A DNA stretch of 64,000 nt from Selaginella moellendorffii (Eukaryota; Plantae; Lycopodiophyta): assembly GCF_000143415.4 (NCBI RefSeq), contig NW_003314262.1:1663960-1727959 (forward strand). The letters run 5' to 3'. The notes under the pieces are model-generated. The model searched no databases. It was not told the origin of the DNA and was given only the letters and a program-made list of their open reading frames with translations. This document shows, piece by piece, positions 1 to 11,246 of this stretch. Positions within the stretch are counted from its first letter, which is position 1; every line of letters begins with the position of its first letter. A program made the position numbers and the translations under genes.

Positions 1-1026
1 TCTTTCGAATTTTCAAGTCTGTGCTTGATGTAAGCTGCAAATCTCGTCCAGGTATAGTTTAAGGCTAAGCTTCCGAGTTCCTCTACTTAACTTTTTCTTT
101 TAACTTTCTTTCATTGTTTTCTCTTTTTGTAGATCTTTGCCAGTCTCAGCAGCGACAATGAGCATGCTGCAGAGAGTTGTGACAGCAGGTCTCACTGAAA
201 CCGCCGATCTCTCGCTGAAGGACATGGCTGCTTGCGCATTTGGAGTGGTCGATAGCCACACGGAGGCGATCGTAAGCACTGTTCCTCCTTGTACTCCAGG
301 TAATAAATTCTTTGTGAGTTCGTGCGTTTTAAGAACTGACACACTTCGATTTTTAAAGGCCGAGCGAACAACTCCGGGATGGTTCCTGGCGCCGATATAA
401 CGGAGCTCCCTACAACCTCGACATTGTTAAAGAAGACGCATATCATCCCAGACTTGCTAGACAGGTTCTTTTCTTTGTGTTAAACGCTCAAGCTAGTGCT
501 CTTTCTTACGTACTTTATTTGTTTATTCAGTGTGGAGGAGAATGGATTTTTTCTGGAGATAGCCTTCGGCAACTTCCAGGTTTTTAATGGAATTATCATC
601 GACCGAGAAGTAATGCACGGACCACCGTCCGTAAGAGTGGTAGAAAGATCTGGTGGATCGAATTCCAGGCCAAGCTTGTTCTTGCTGCTACTCGTGGAGC
701 TCGAAGCCGGTGGAGAAGATTACTTGCAGTGGATGGTCTTGAAATCTCTTCAAACTGGTATTACTTCAAAAACTCTTTTGCAGAGTTCTCACTTTGGAAT
801 TGTCTTTCCAGGCTTTGAACACGAAGAAATCCTCGAGTATCGTCAAATGCCGTCCATCTCCAAAGGGAGGCACAAGCACGTCTTCCTTCTCTTCGACACA
901 GAGGCATGGATGCGGGAAACGGACGCCCCGGATCGCGGGAGGTTCGACGTCCACGATTTTGTCACGCGTCACGAATTTGGGGCGGCAGTCGCCGCCGTTT
1001 ACTTCGAATCTGAGACAGTCTGTTAG
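1..1026 (+). CDS. Divergent PEBP (FT/TFL1/MFT-family) protein with an N-terminal extension, probably 5'-truncated by the window edge. Inferred exons 133-299, 359-464, 531-757, 812-1026
   Basis: Removing GT-AG introns 300-358, 465-530 and 758-811 gives one frame: LLKKTHIIPDLLDS...LLLLVELEAGGEDYLQWMV...EEILEY...GRHKHVFLLF...DRGRFDVHDFV...GAAVAAVYFESE. This follows the PEBP motif order (VIGDVLD, DPDAP, YLHW, GxHRxVF, PVAAVYFN). Confidence 0.75.
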
Positions 1027-1174
1027 AAACCAGGCTGCCACGTGGCAAGCGGTTGCAAAGTGCCGCGGCCCGGGAATTCGCTACTGGCCGTTGGATCAAT
1101 CTGGGCCTCAACGGCCAGCATTTTGTTTGGTGTTCTTGGTTCTAGGGTGAAATATTTTCGTGTATCTCCTCGCG

Positions 1175-3243
1175 ATGGCTGGATCAGACGCTGGAATCTC
1201 TCATCTCAGCCCGGTAGCGCTTGCATTGGACGATGTTCTTGCGCGGCGGGAGCGCATCGAGCGCGCATTCCAAGAGCTGGAGTCCCGGCGGGCCGCGCTG
1301 GAGAGCTGCACGATCGAGTGGAAGCAGCTTGAGGAGCACTTCGCTCAGGTGGAAGCGGCGCTGCGGAAGAGGTACGAGGAGCTCAGCGATCGCGAGAAAG
1401 CCCTAGACGATGTGGAGGAAGGGCTGAGCCGGAGGGAGGAGGCGATCGCCGCGCGGGAGGAAGCATCGCTGGCCAGGGTCCAGGAGCAGCGCGAGGCAGC
1501 GATCGCGGCCATTGTGGAGGAGAAGCGGCGATTGACCGAGGAGCGGCAGGCCATCTATCTGGAGATTCCGGGGACAGGGATTGGAAATATCGGCAACCCG
1601 GAGGAGAATTGCGGATCCCCGGCCTCGGATCACGATCCTCTCGCCGCCCAGCAGCAGCATTCCGAGGAGAGCAACGATTCCCCCACGAACGGGCAAGGCA
1701 GCAGTGGAACACCCACGACAGAAGCAACGCCAGTGCCATCGCCCGCCCCAAAGCAGCCGACGGTCAACTCAGTGGTGGCGGAGGTGAGAGTTCGTCCAGA
1801 GCTTAAAACACTCTGTGAGAACATGGACGGGGAAGGCTTGAGAAGGTACGTGAGTGAGCATAGGAAGGATGTGAGTGCATTGAGGTTGGAGTTGCCGGTC
1901 GCAATTCGGTGTGCCATTGATCCGGCTCGTCTCGTCCTGGATGCCCTTGAGGGGTATAGCATCCCGTCTGATAGTGAGAGTGGTGGTGGTGGTGATAGAA
2001 AGGAGTCAGGGGTCTCGGCCAATCGCCGTGCTTGTGTGCTCATCTTAGAGAGTGCTGGCTCGGCTTTGGCCGACCCGGTTCTAGGAGTCGAGCATCCGGT
2101 GGTGCCGTTTAACATCAAGGAGCGTGCCAAGGAGCTTGCTGGCAGATGGAAGTCTAGGATGGATGTCCTCAAGGACTCTAGCGGTGCTGTGGCATCGGAG
2201 AATTCATTGGACGCGCAGGTGTTCTTGCAGCTCCTGGCAACTTATGGGATTGCCTCCGAGTATGATGATGAAGAGCTTTGCAGGCTTGTGACCACTGTCG
2301 CACGGCGCAGGCAGTCTCCTGCGCTTTGCAGGGCCCTGGGACTGGCCCCGAAGATACCAGGTCGGTGTCCTCAATCGTCTTGTGTTCTATGCGAGCTGTT
2401 CTTCGCGTTGGTTCAGTTTTTGCTTTTGTTTGTTGAAAGCGTTCTGAGAATTACGTTCGTTTCGTCTTGATGTCTTTGTTCTTCCAGATGTGGTGGACAA
2501 GCTTGCGAAGGAAGGAAAGCAAGTTGAGGCACTGGCTTTTGCTCATGCGTTCGAGATTATGGATCGAGTTGAACCTGTGCCGCTGCTCAAAGCCTACCTC
2601 AAAGATGCTCGAAAGTCAGCTCAAGTGATCCTGAAGAACGGCAACAACTCAGCTGCCGCACAGGTACCACAGAGTTTTTATATTACCCTACTTTTCTTTT
2701 GACAATGCATTTGTTCCTGTAAAGAACGACTCGTCGATGAAGGAGCTGTCAGCTTTGAAATCTGTCATCAAGTGCATCGAGGAATACAAGCTGGACGCTC
2801 AGTTTCCTCCGCAGTCGCTGCAGAAAAGGATCGATGTGCTGGAGAGGGCCAAGGCCGACAGGAAACGAGCAGCAGTTGCTGTCAAAGCACAAGCCAAGCG
2901 TCCTCGAGCTTGCAATGGAAATGGAACTGTCTATGGAAACGGTGAAAGGAGCTTCTATCGGCCATCGGACAGAGCTCAGTTCGGTGGCGTCGGCCTCTCT
3001 ACCTACGGGTTGGCCTCCCAGACAGGATATGACAGGAGGAACCAAGGGGGGTTTGCAACGACGACATACACTGGAAATCGAACTCCAGTTTCAATGTCTA
3101 CCTCATATCTGTATTCGGCTGACGGGCTGGGTTCGTCGCTCTACGGGTCTGCAGCTTATGGGAATCCTTCTTACAGCAGCTACCAGTTTGGAAGTGGACT
3201 CCCTCCGCCACCCCCAGCTTATCAAGCGTCCTTCCTGCACTGA
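1175..3243 (+). CDS. FRIGIDA-like protein; exons 1175-2360, 2488-2663, 2725-3243
   Basis: N-terminal coiled coil and FRIGIDA-domain motifs (LCENMDGEGLRRYV, AIDPARLVLDALEG, DAQVFLQLLATYGI, ELSALKSVIKCIEEYKL). Introns 2361-2487 and 2664-2724 are GT-AG and preserve frame. Confidence 0.92.
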
Positions 3244-3311
3244 GGTGTAAGTTTCTAGTGTTGTTTTCCTTCTAGTTTACTGAAGTGTATAGGGTTCAGG
3301 GTTTTGGGGGA

Positions 3312-5546
3312 ATGCGGCCTAGCTGGAGGAGAGCTCGATGGCATAGGTACTGCGAGTTTCATTCCAGTGCGGCAGTAGCAGCAGCCCCCTCTACCACTGC
3401 GAAGAATGGCAAAGGCTCTCACTACGGATCGTTCTTCCAATTTCTTCGGCAACACCCGCAGGTCGGAGGCTTGGCTCCAGCAGACCGAAATGGAAACGGG
3501 GCAGTGGAAGAACCCAGTACGTCGGAAAGTCCAGCAGAGGAGGAGACGCCGCTCAACATTCAAGCAGGAAATCTTCACATGTATCGACCATGTCGTCCTC
3601 CTCGGTGGGAGCCCTTCAAGTCCCGGGACACGATCGGCTCGTTCTTTTCAAAGATGGAAGCAGCTATAGAGGTGGGAAACGTTCTCCGGGAAATGGGCTG
3701 GAACGAGGATAGTCAGGTGAAAGTCGAGAAGCTGAAAGTGCCGTGGAATCCTCTGGTCGTCCTACAGGTGCTTAGGCAGCCTTTAGAACCGGATGCTGCA
3801 TGGGGATTCTTTCAGTGGTTGAAGGGAGTTGAAGGATACAGGCACACAGAGCATACTTACAACAGCTTGATCGAAGTTTTCGGAAGAGTCAAGGATGTCA
3901 CGGGTATACAGAAGGTTTTAGACGACATGTCCGCTTACGGCTGTGGGATGAATGTGGTTTTGTTCACTACAGTCATACATTGGTACAGCCGGGCCGATGA
4001 TATCGACAGGGCGGTGGAAATGTGGAACCAGATGTTGAAAGTGGGGTGCCTGCCAAACGTGGTGACTTACACGATGCTCATGAGCCTGCTCACGAAGCTC
4101 AAAAGGTTTAGACAAGTTGGAGAAATTTTCAAAGACATGGTCAGTGGTGGCTGCCGGCCCAACGTGAGAACTTACACCGTGCTCATTCAGTGCTTGGCCT
4201 CGTCAGGAAACCTGGACGCAGCTCTCTTGGTTTTTGAAAAGCTGGACAGTTTGAAGGCTTCTCCAACAGCTGCTACTTTCAGAGTGCTCATGGATTCCGC
4301 CGCCAGCGCGGGTGACTTGGAGCTACTCAAGGGGCTCTTCGAAGGGATGAAGAAGGCGAATCAGAAGCCAAACGGGAAAATGTACTTCACGGTGATGGAC
4401 GCGCTGAAGAAGGCTGGCAAGCTGACCGAAGCAGCGCCTCTCCTCGAAGCCATGGAGAGTATGATCGAGGCGGACCAACTTTACGCAGACTTTCAAGCTA
4501 AAACTCCTGATCAAGAGTCCACCAAGGAAGAGGATGATCGCCGCGGCTCTAGCGGTGGTGAAACTAAGGAACGGAGCGTCCCGTTACAGGATATGGAGGT
4601 GATGGAAGGCTTGGACAGGCCTCTCGTCGACATGAAGGCCTTCTCGACAATTATCTACAGATGGACGCCCGAGACCGCCGCGGCTTTGGAAGCCGCAAAC
4701 TTCCGGTGGGATCCTTGGAAGGTCTTGCGGGTGCTCATGGGAATGAGAGACGTGACGGCGGCGCTTCGGTTCTTCTACTGGGTGGAGAAGCAGCCGGGAT
4801 ACAAGCACGACAGCTTCGTCTACACCAAGATGATCAGCCTGCTGGGCCGCCACCACCACTTCTCGCAGGTGGAGGAGCTCCTGATGAAGCTCCAGAGCAG
4901 CGACATCGAGGTGAGCATCGTGACGATGAACTCCATCATCTTCACGCTCTCGGTGTCGCACAACCCGGACCTGGCCATGAAGATCTTCTACTGGATGAAG
5001 GACTTGAAGGTGAAGCCCAACACGCGGACGTACACGACCGTGATCGACATGCTGGTGAAGATGAGGCACTTCGACCGGGCCATGGCGATCTACCAGGAGA
5101 TGCTCGACGCTGGTTGCAAGCCCGACGCTCACACCTACACGGTGCTCATCCAGTCGCTGGGACGGGAGGGGAAGATCGATGCCGCGGAGCACTTGCTGGA
5201 GAAGATGCCGCTCAATGGCTGCAAGCCCAACGTCGTCAACTACACGTCGCTCATCAACTCGCTCATCCACTACGGCCGAGTGAGCCACGCGCTGGCGGTG
5301 TTCAAGAGGATGCAAGACGAGGGGGTGATGCCAAACTCCATCACGTACTCGCTCATGTCCAAGGGGCTCAAGCGTGCAAACATGCTCCACGATCTGGTGG
5401 AGGTGGAGAAGAAGATGGCCACCATCGATTTCTGGAAGCAGCAGCGTGTCAAGTCCGAGGACGAGACGCTCGTGAACGAGACGATCCTCAAAGCCTTGCT
5501 CCCAGAGTTAAAACGCGAGAGCCAAGATCAAAGACAAACCGAGTAG
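3312..5546 (+). CDS. Intronless P-class pentatricopeptide repeat protein, probably organelle-targeted
   Basis: Repeated ~35-aa motifs (PNVVTYTMLM, PNVRTYTVLI, PDAHTYTVLI, PNVVNYTSLI) and an Arg/Ser-rich N-terminus. First ATG is at 3312. Confidence 0.93.
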   Translation: MRPSWRRARWHRYCEFHSSAAVAAAPSTTAKNGKGSHYGSFFQFLRQHPQVGGLAPADRNGNGAVEEPSTSESPAEEETPLNIQAGNLHMYRPCRPPRWEPFKSRDTIGSFFSKMEAAIEVGNVLREMGWNEDSQVKVEKLKVPWNPLVVLQVLRQPLEPDAAWGFFQWLKGVEGYRHTEHTYNSLIEVFGRVKDVTGIQKVLDDMSAYGCGMNVVLFTTVIHWYSRADDIDRAVEMWNQMLKVGCLPNVVTYTMLMSLLTKLKRFRQVGEIFKDMVSGGCRPNVRTYTVLIQCLASSGNLDAALLVFEKLDSLKASPTAATFRVLMDSAASAGDLELLKGLFEGMKKANQKPNGKMYFTVMDALKKAGKLTEAAPLLEAMESMIEADQLYADFQAKTPDQESTKEEDDRRGSSGGETKERSVPLQDMEVMEGLDRPLVDMKAFSTIIYRWTPETAAALEAANFRWDPWKVLRVLMGMRDVTAALRFFYWVEKQPGYKHDSFVYTKMISLLGRHHHFSQVEELLMKLQSSDIEVSIVTMNSIIFTLSVSHNPDLAMKIFYWMKDLKVKPNTRTYTTVIDMLVKMRHFDRAMAIYQEMLDAGCKPDAHTYTVLIQSLGREGKIDAAEHLLEKMPLNGCKPNVVNYTSLINSLIHYGRVSHALAVFKRMQDEGVMPNSITYSLMSKGLKRANMLHDLVEVEKKMATIDFWKQQRVKSEDETLVNETILKALLPELKRESQDQRQTE

Positions 5547-5611
5547 ACGATCCTCGAAGCTTTGCTGCCAGAGAGTTGGAACGCGAGAGCCAGGATCAAA
5601 GACAAACCGGG
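5481..5611 (+). repeat. Imperfect ~66-bp tandem duplication spanning the PPR stop codon
   Basis: acgatcctcaaagccttgctcccagag...gccaagatcaaagacaaaccg (5481-5541) recurs as acgatcctcgaagctttgctgccagag...gccaggatcaaagacaaaccg (5547-5609). Confidence 0.9.
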
Positions 5612-5684
5612 AAGAACAAAACTTTGGTGCTCGGTGGATTTTTGGGCCCCTTTTGGAGAAGAATGTATACAGTGGAAGGAGTTT

Positions 5685-7000
5685 CTAGTGGGATTGCTCC
5701 AAGAGGATGTTGGTAGCCGCAACCATGTCGTTTCGAGCTTGGCTCAGAGCTTGGATGGCGAGGCCTCTATCGAAGCCCATTGAGACGAGAGTGGCGATGG
5801 ATTCTTCCGGAGGAGGCGGTGGAGGAGCGGCTGCACGGGCGGGAGCTTGCGGAGGAACGAATGGTCCCTGCAAAGATTATGGTCACTTAGAACTTGTTCT
5901 TCCTTTGGAAACAAAAACAAAAAGCTCTTTTTTACCTCGACTAAACGTCGCGAAGGCTCTCTCAAGCCTCTGGGGGCTGGCGATGGCCAGCTCAAGAGAA
6001 GGGGGGAGAAAATTCGAGAGAAGAACGATGCCACGCATTTTGGAAACTGTTTGGGTGACGATTTGTGTCAGGCGAAACAGTAAAAATCGGATTTTGTGCT
6101 TACCTTTAATCTTCTAATGCCAAAAATGTTGGATCTGTATGTAAATCCCGCCAGCACCCCGCACAAGCCTGGTATCAGAGATTGTCTCCACGAGGAGAGT
6201 AGTAGCTGCGCAAAGAAACTTTGCATTGTTGCGGTACAATTCAAGGAGAGAAGATCTGAGAACCTGAAGGCCAGCCAGGTACACGAAGGTCTTGTCCGAG
6301 AACTGCATTCGAAAAACTCGAAAGCGCGTAGAGATTGGTATGTCGAAGAAGTACGGTACAAAAGAAGCGAAGATCAATCCATAAGGTCCCGGCGCTAGGC
6401 TGATACCGGAAGTTGTGGGATCTGCGAGCACCCGAAACTCATCTTAGATTCCATAAAAGCGGAGTTTCTAGAGCTGATTACCTCTGAAAAATGCCAAGAC
6501 GGAAAGTTCCAACAGTGTCGAGATGATTGTAGTTGTAAGAACGAACACCTGTGATCAATCCATGGTTAGCAAGCTAAAGGAATTTATATTTTCTTATCAG
6601 CTCATACCGAGTACTTGTTTGATCCGATCTGCCGTTCAAACACCCGGAAGAAATAAATTAAATAGAGACCGAAAACTAGCTCGGGAGTCGAAGAGAAAAC
6701 GCAGGTCGCCGTCCCGAGACGCCATAGCTGGATATTTTGTACTACGGCCTACCAAAAAATCCTAGAGGTCAGCATCACAAGGAAAAAAAGTTCTTTTTTG
6801 GCGCAGCTACTTGATAGGAAAGACCACAAGCCTTGATGATGCTCCTCCGCGAAGTGCCGACGAGCAACGTCGCCAATCCACACACCACCACAACGCCCTT
6901 CGTGATTGGAGCATTCTCTGGAGATCGGGAGAACGCAATCAGCTCAATCAATCAATCCAGACGGAAATTACTCACGAAATCCCGACGGCCCGGCGTTCAT
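5685..7000 (-). CDS. Multi-exon rhomboid-like/UBAC2-type protein with a C-terminal UBA domain
   Basis: Starts MNAGPSGF|xNAPITKG at 7000. Internal [25 protein letters not shown] and [14 protein letters not shown]-terminal [39 protein letters not shown]. Several short introns. Confidence 0.88.
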
Positions 7001-7331
7001 GACTGCTGCGCTCCACTCGCCGCTTACAATTCCAGCGATTCAAGCTGCATTCGAGCGCCAAGCTGCCCCGATCGAGCTCGATCGTCCCCGCAAACAATCT
7101 TGACGCTTCCTTCCACAAAAACCCTAGATTTAGGGTACCAAATATCAAGGGCTTCCGTACGAAATGTCCACGTGGAACTGCCAGGAGTATACGTGGCTGC
7201 CGTTTGCCACGTTTTGCCACGTGTACGCCGGCCGGTTTCAAGTGTTTGAATTTGAAAGCCATGGGAAGGGAGGAGCGTTGGAGGGAGCCATGTAGGCCGG
7301 CGCGCACGGTGTCGCTTTAGGGTTAGGGCTG
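7001..7331. promoter_or_regulatory. Bidirectional promoter with telo-boxes and G-boxes
   Basis: About 330 bp between divergent ATGs (7000 minus, 7332 plus). AAACCCTA at ~7119, TTAGGGTTAGGG at ~7317, CACGTG at ~7169 and ~7218, TACGTGGC at ~7189. Confidence 0.6.
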
Positions 7332-9950
7332 ATGGGGCTGGATTGCGATGGCGCCGGGCCGCGCGCCATCATGGAGCGCAAGCGGATCGCCAATGCGCGG
7401 CAGACGGCAATGCGGCAGAGGTAAGCGCCCTTCTCTAGTGTGAAATTTCGGGAACACTCGTTTTCTTTTCCAAAATTTCGAAGGAAAAGACTCACAGAGC
7501 TCAGCTGATGTTATATTGCTTAAGCTGCTCTATGATAGTTTCTTTCTTTCTTTCTTGAGAGCTGTTTAGTCTTTTTCTTTGTTTTGTCTTAAATAGAATG
7601 AACTTGCCCATAATTTCTTCTTATAGAATCTTTGTTCCCTTTTTTCATTGGATAGTCGTGTTGATTTTTTCTCTTTTGGCATGTTATGAAAAGTTTTACT
7701 CGAGCTTCCGTGCTAATGACTTTTACACTGCAGAAAATTTCAGCGACTTGCAAGGCAGCAAGAAGAGGAGGATAAAAGGCTTGTGAAAGAAGCCTTGGAG
7801 AGCAGGAAAAAAGAAAGAGCGCGATTGTCTGCATATTTGTATTTAACGAGTCCGAAGGATACAACGCAGCAGCCATTGAGAACGCGTCAGAATTCCACGG
7901 TAAAAGCAAAACCAAGCAAGCCTTGCATCGTACAAAACCAAGACTTTGCCGCAAGGCTCAGAGAGACAATGAAAGCTGCTGCTCAAAACAGTTTCTTGCG
8001 TGATGAGACTCGGCAGCTTTTCTTTCGAATGGGCACACACGTCCCAAGCAGAACTCCATCAGAAGACTTGACTTGGGATCAATCGCGGTAAGAATTTTCC
8101 TTTTGGCTTTGTCTGCTTTAGATATATTAACCACCTTACAGTTTGCTAGGTTCCTTAGACGAGGAAACGGACAATGCACTTAGAAAATGTGCATCTGCGA
8201 AGAATCTGAGAGTGACGTTCCATCCGGCTGCGGTCGTGAAAGAAGATGCACTGGACCATGGTCAGGAAGCGGAAAGGCAGCTCTTCAGCGAGCAATTTGG
8301 CCGTTTTGCCGAGTCCAGGGGAGGAGACGTAATAAGACCGCTATCACCGACTATAGTTCTTGACGGGCCGGATCCTGATTCGTCATCGAACAGCTCGTTT
8401 CTTCAAACTACAGCAGAGACTTTGTCGAAGCCAGAAGGCAGGTTTTCCATCCCTCAGGCTTTGGCTGCTGATGAACAGAAGACTTCTATGGACAACTTGA
8501 ATGCATTTCTCGAAGAGGCACTAAAGCTCCGACTGGATAACGAAAATGCTACGAATCGGATGATTGCTGAAGTTACTGGCCTTGAATCACGTCTGGACGA
8601 CTTACAACCAATGACCTCACAAAGGGCATGCGGTTTGGGAAACGAGCAGGACGAGACGAACAGGTGCTCGAGCATGAAGGACATGCTAGGAGTAGGAGTC
8701 TCACAAGACACAATACAATTTCCCCAGGCCTCGGCATGTAGCAGGGACGAGGAAGAGTCACAGAGGACGATGCTAAGTAGAGACTGCAAAGTTTACAGGT
8801 CTGAGGCTTGGGAAGTCGGTTTTGGTGATTGCAGTGAGCAGAAGTGCGCAGTTCCTGCGCAGCAGGATCCAGAACCAACGACTTACAGTGAATTTCCTAC
8901 CTTATGGGATAGTACTTCTGAGGTTGCCTCGGGCAAGCAGTGTTCTACCGGTGGCAGTAGTTTGCCTTCGTATCCAGCGAGAGATGGAAATTATCATTCC
9001 TCAAGTGGTACTGTGGATTCCCGGGGATTCAAGCACAGGGCCCGTGTAGCTGATCTGACAGCGCTGTCAAGAGCAGAGACAAGTGTGCTTGCGTCGATAG
9101 AAAGGCTTGACTGGAAGCTCGCGTCCGCAATCGCCAGATGCCGGGATTCCGGCCTAGCTGATGGTCACTACTCAGTACAGTCCGCACCAACAGTCATCAG
9201 TCACGGGAATGGTAGCACAGGCTCTAACAACGCCAGGAGATACGACTCAGCTAGAACTCAAGTACGTATTCTTGTAGTTTTGCATTACGCTTTTTTCTTT
9301 TCATTCTTTTGTCTGACTGATGAATCTTTGTCAGAGTTCCCATTGTTTGAACCGATCCCGAAAGCGTCAAAATGTGGGACTGACAAATAAACGTCACGAC
9401 GGGAGGTTTCCATGCTCACAGAGGTGAGCAAATTTCGCTCTTCCGCGGCGTATGACGTCATTCTTAATCTGTCGAACGTTACAGCCAGCCGCGAGGTGAG
9501 AATTTTCCCCAGGTTGTGGACAGGACACTAGAGCCGAGATGCGCACCTTCAAACGGCAGGGAAGGTGTTATCGTGTTTCATCCGGATGCTTACTGCTTGC
9601 TGAATCCAGTTGCGAGTCCTTGACTGGGAAAGATGGCCAAATCATTCTTCTCAGTACTAGTAGAGGCACAGGTGGGTGAAGTAACGGGCACAGGGGGAAG
9701 GCGAAGAAATTCAGGTGAATCGACGCAAGTCAAAAGGCTGGTGGTTTGTACACCCGACTGCTGCAAGGAACGCATGGACTAGCTAACCTCTCCTTCACCA
9801 ACGCGAAACATAAACTAAAGAAACGATGACAGCACCATCTTTTGACTTCCACACCACACGAGTCCCACACTTTCGGTATGACGGTACTTTGCGTCCTGGT
9901 GCTCGGAGACGGAACGATCAGTGGCAACGAAGAAGAGGCTTAAGATATCA
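7332..9950 (+). CDS. Multi-exon coiled-coil/low-complexity protein, possibly CEP126/KIAA1377-like; 3' end uncertain
   Basis: Exon 7332-7420 splices in frame to 7734 (ERKRIANARQTAMRQR|KFQRLARQQEEEDKRLVKEALESRKKER). A large exon lies at ~8150-9261, followed by small GT-AG-bounded exons. Motif LTALSRAETSVLASIERLDWKL at ~9055-9120. Confidence 0.6.
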
Positions 9951-10256
9951 AAGTACATCGCACAGGCTCCTGTTTTGCTGCCAAGCGTGAGAGGACTTGT
10001 TTAAGTCAGCAACGGCACAGGCGACCAATATCTTCTCAGTGGGAAAGAAACCGGAGTGATTACAAGATTCCGAACATACAACAACGATTTTCTTTTCTCC
10101 TTGGAGGCAACGAATGGGAAGCCGGTAAGGTGGTCCTGTTTCTTCTTCCTTTTACTTTTCTTATTTCTAAACGTTTTCAGCTTTTCTGTTATTCCTTCCA
10201 GGACGCAAAATTCTGGGTGTCAAAATAATGGTTCCTCCAAAACTAGAGCAAAAAAC

Positions 10257-11246
10257 TTAAGAAGGCTCGGATATCGATTTCGAGTGTCCCAGCCGAAGTT
10301 CCAAGTCAAGCGCATTCGCCTCGCCGTCGACCACGATCAGTTTCATCCCGGACAGATCAGGACACTTCATCATCACATTTCCATTCTCGTCTGGTGAAGG
10401 CTGGTTGAAGCTGACAGCAACCGCTAGTTTCTTTCGGAGGCTACCGGTCGAAGAGTCGCTGCCGCTGCTGGAATTCAGGGAGGCCAAGTTGTGGGACGGC
10501 GACGACGAAAGCGACGAGCTGTTGTTAGTGGTGCTCAAGGACACATTCGGTGGAGACAGTGACAATTCGGGACCAGCAGCAGTGCTCGCAGCAATGACGG
10601 GATGAGGAGAAAAAATGGCAGCAGCGGCAGCAGCAGCAGCGGGCATTTGTTGTGGATAGACGAAATTCGCAGCGTGGTCGGGATGCATATGTATAGGTGG
10701 CCGGTTTAGAGGATGGTGATACGGATACACCCAGCAAAATCCAAGCGCTGGTGGAGTGGAAGGAGCTCCAGAAGCTGACGAGTGATCGTTGGAGCTGGGA
10801 ATGCTGGGAGCATTGCCGGCAGGATTGTTATTGCTGCCGGCTCCAACGCCACCGAGAGGGACAACAGGAACAGGAGCTACGCCGGCGGACGAGGAATTGG
10901 AGGCCGCCTTGGAGATCAAGCCGAGCTGGTTGGCGTATGCTCGCTCGCGACGATGGACGTTCATGTGGCCGCCGAGAGCTTGGGCCGTCCGAAACTCCCT
11001 GGCGCAGAAGCTGCAAGAGTAGGAGCGTGGAGGCCACTGGCCGCTGCAGCTGGCGGCGTCCTCGGCGAAAGCTCTCACTTCCCAGGAATCGTCCTCCGCC
11101 GCCGCTGCTGTTGGAGCTCTCGAGTTCCATTGCTGCCGCGCCGAAGAAGCTCTCCAGTTGGCCATGATCCCGGATGAGAAACTCTTGGGGGAAGTTCCAG
11201 TTTGGTGCTGCTGGAGTGAGAGCTCCCGCTCGCTGGAGTGGATCAC
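10257..11246 (-). CDS. Single-finger C2H2 zinc-finger repressor (SUPERMAN/ZFP10-11-like) with EAR motif; likely ATG at 11165
   Basis: [11 protein letters not shown]...[28 protein letters not shown] and C-terminal LDLELRLG; intronless. Confidence 0.93.
   Translation of the reverse strand: MIHSSERELSLQQHQTGTSPKSFSSGIMANWRASSARQQWNSRAPTAAAAEDDSWEVRAFAEDAASCSGQWPPRSYSCSFCAREFRTAQALGGHMNVHRRERAYANQLGLISKAASNSSSAGVAPVPVVPLGGVGAGSNNNPAGNAPSIPSSNDHSSASGAPSTPPALGFCWVYPYHHPLNRPPIHMHPDHAANFVYPQQMPAAAAAAAAIFSPHPVIAASTAAGPELSLSPPNVSLSTTNNSSSLSSSPSHNLASLNSSSGSDSSTGSLRKKLAVAVSFNQPSPDENGNVMMKCPDLSGMKLIVVDGEANALDLELRLGHSKSISEPS

Noticed and set aside
1-3243. PEBP next to FRIGIDA-like as a flowering-time gene cluster
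   Set aside because: The adjacency is plausibly chance in a compact genome, and neither gene is a clear FT or FRI orthologue.
4584-5716. Overlapping 268-aa and 351-aa ORFs (likewise 17782-18780 minus and 21085-22002 plus)
   Set aside because: Shadow ORFs of GC3-rich real genes, with no recognisable domains.
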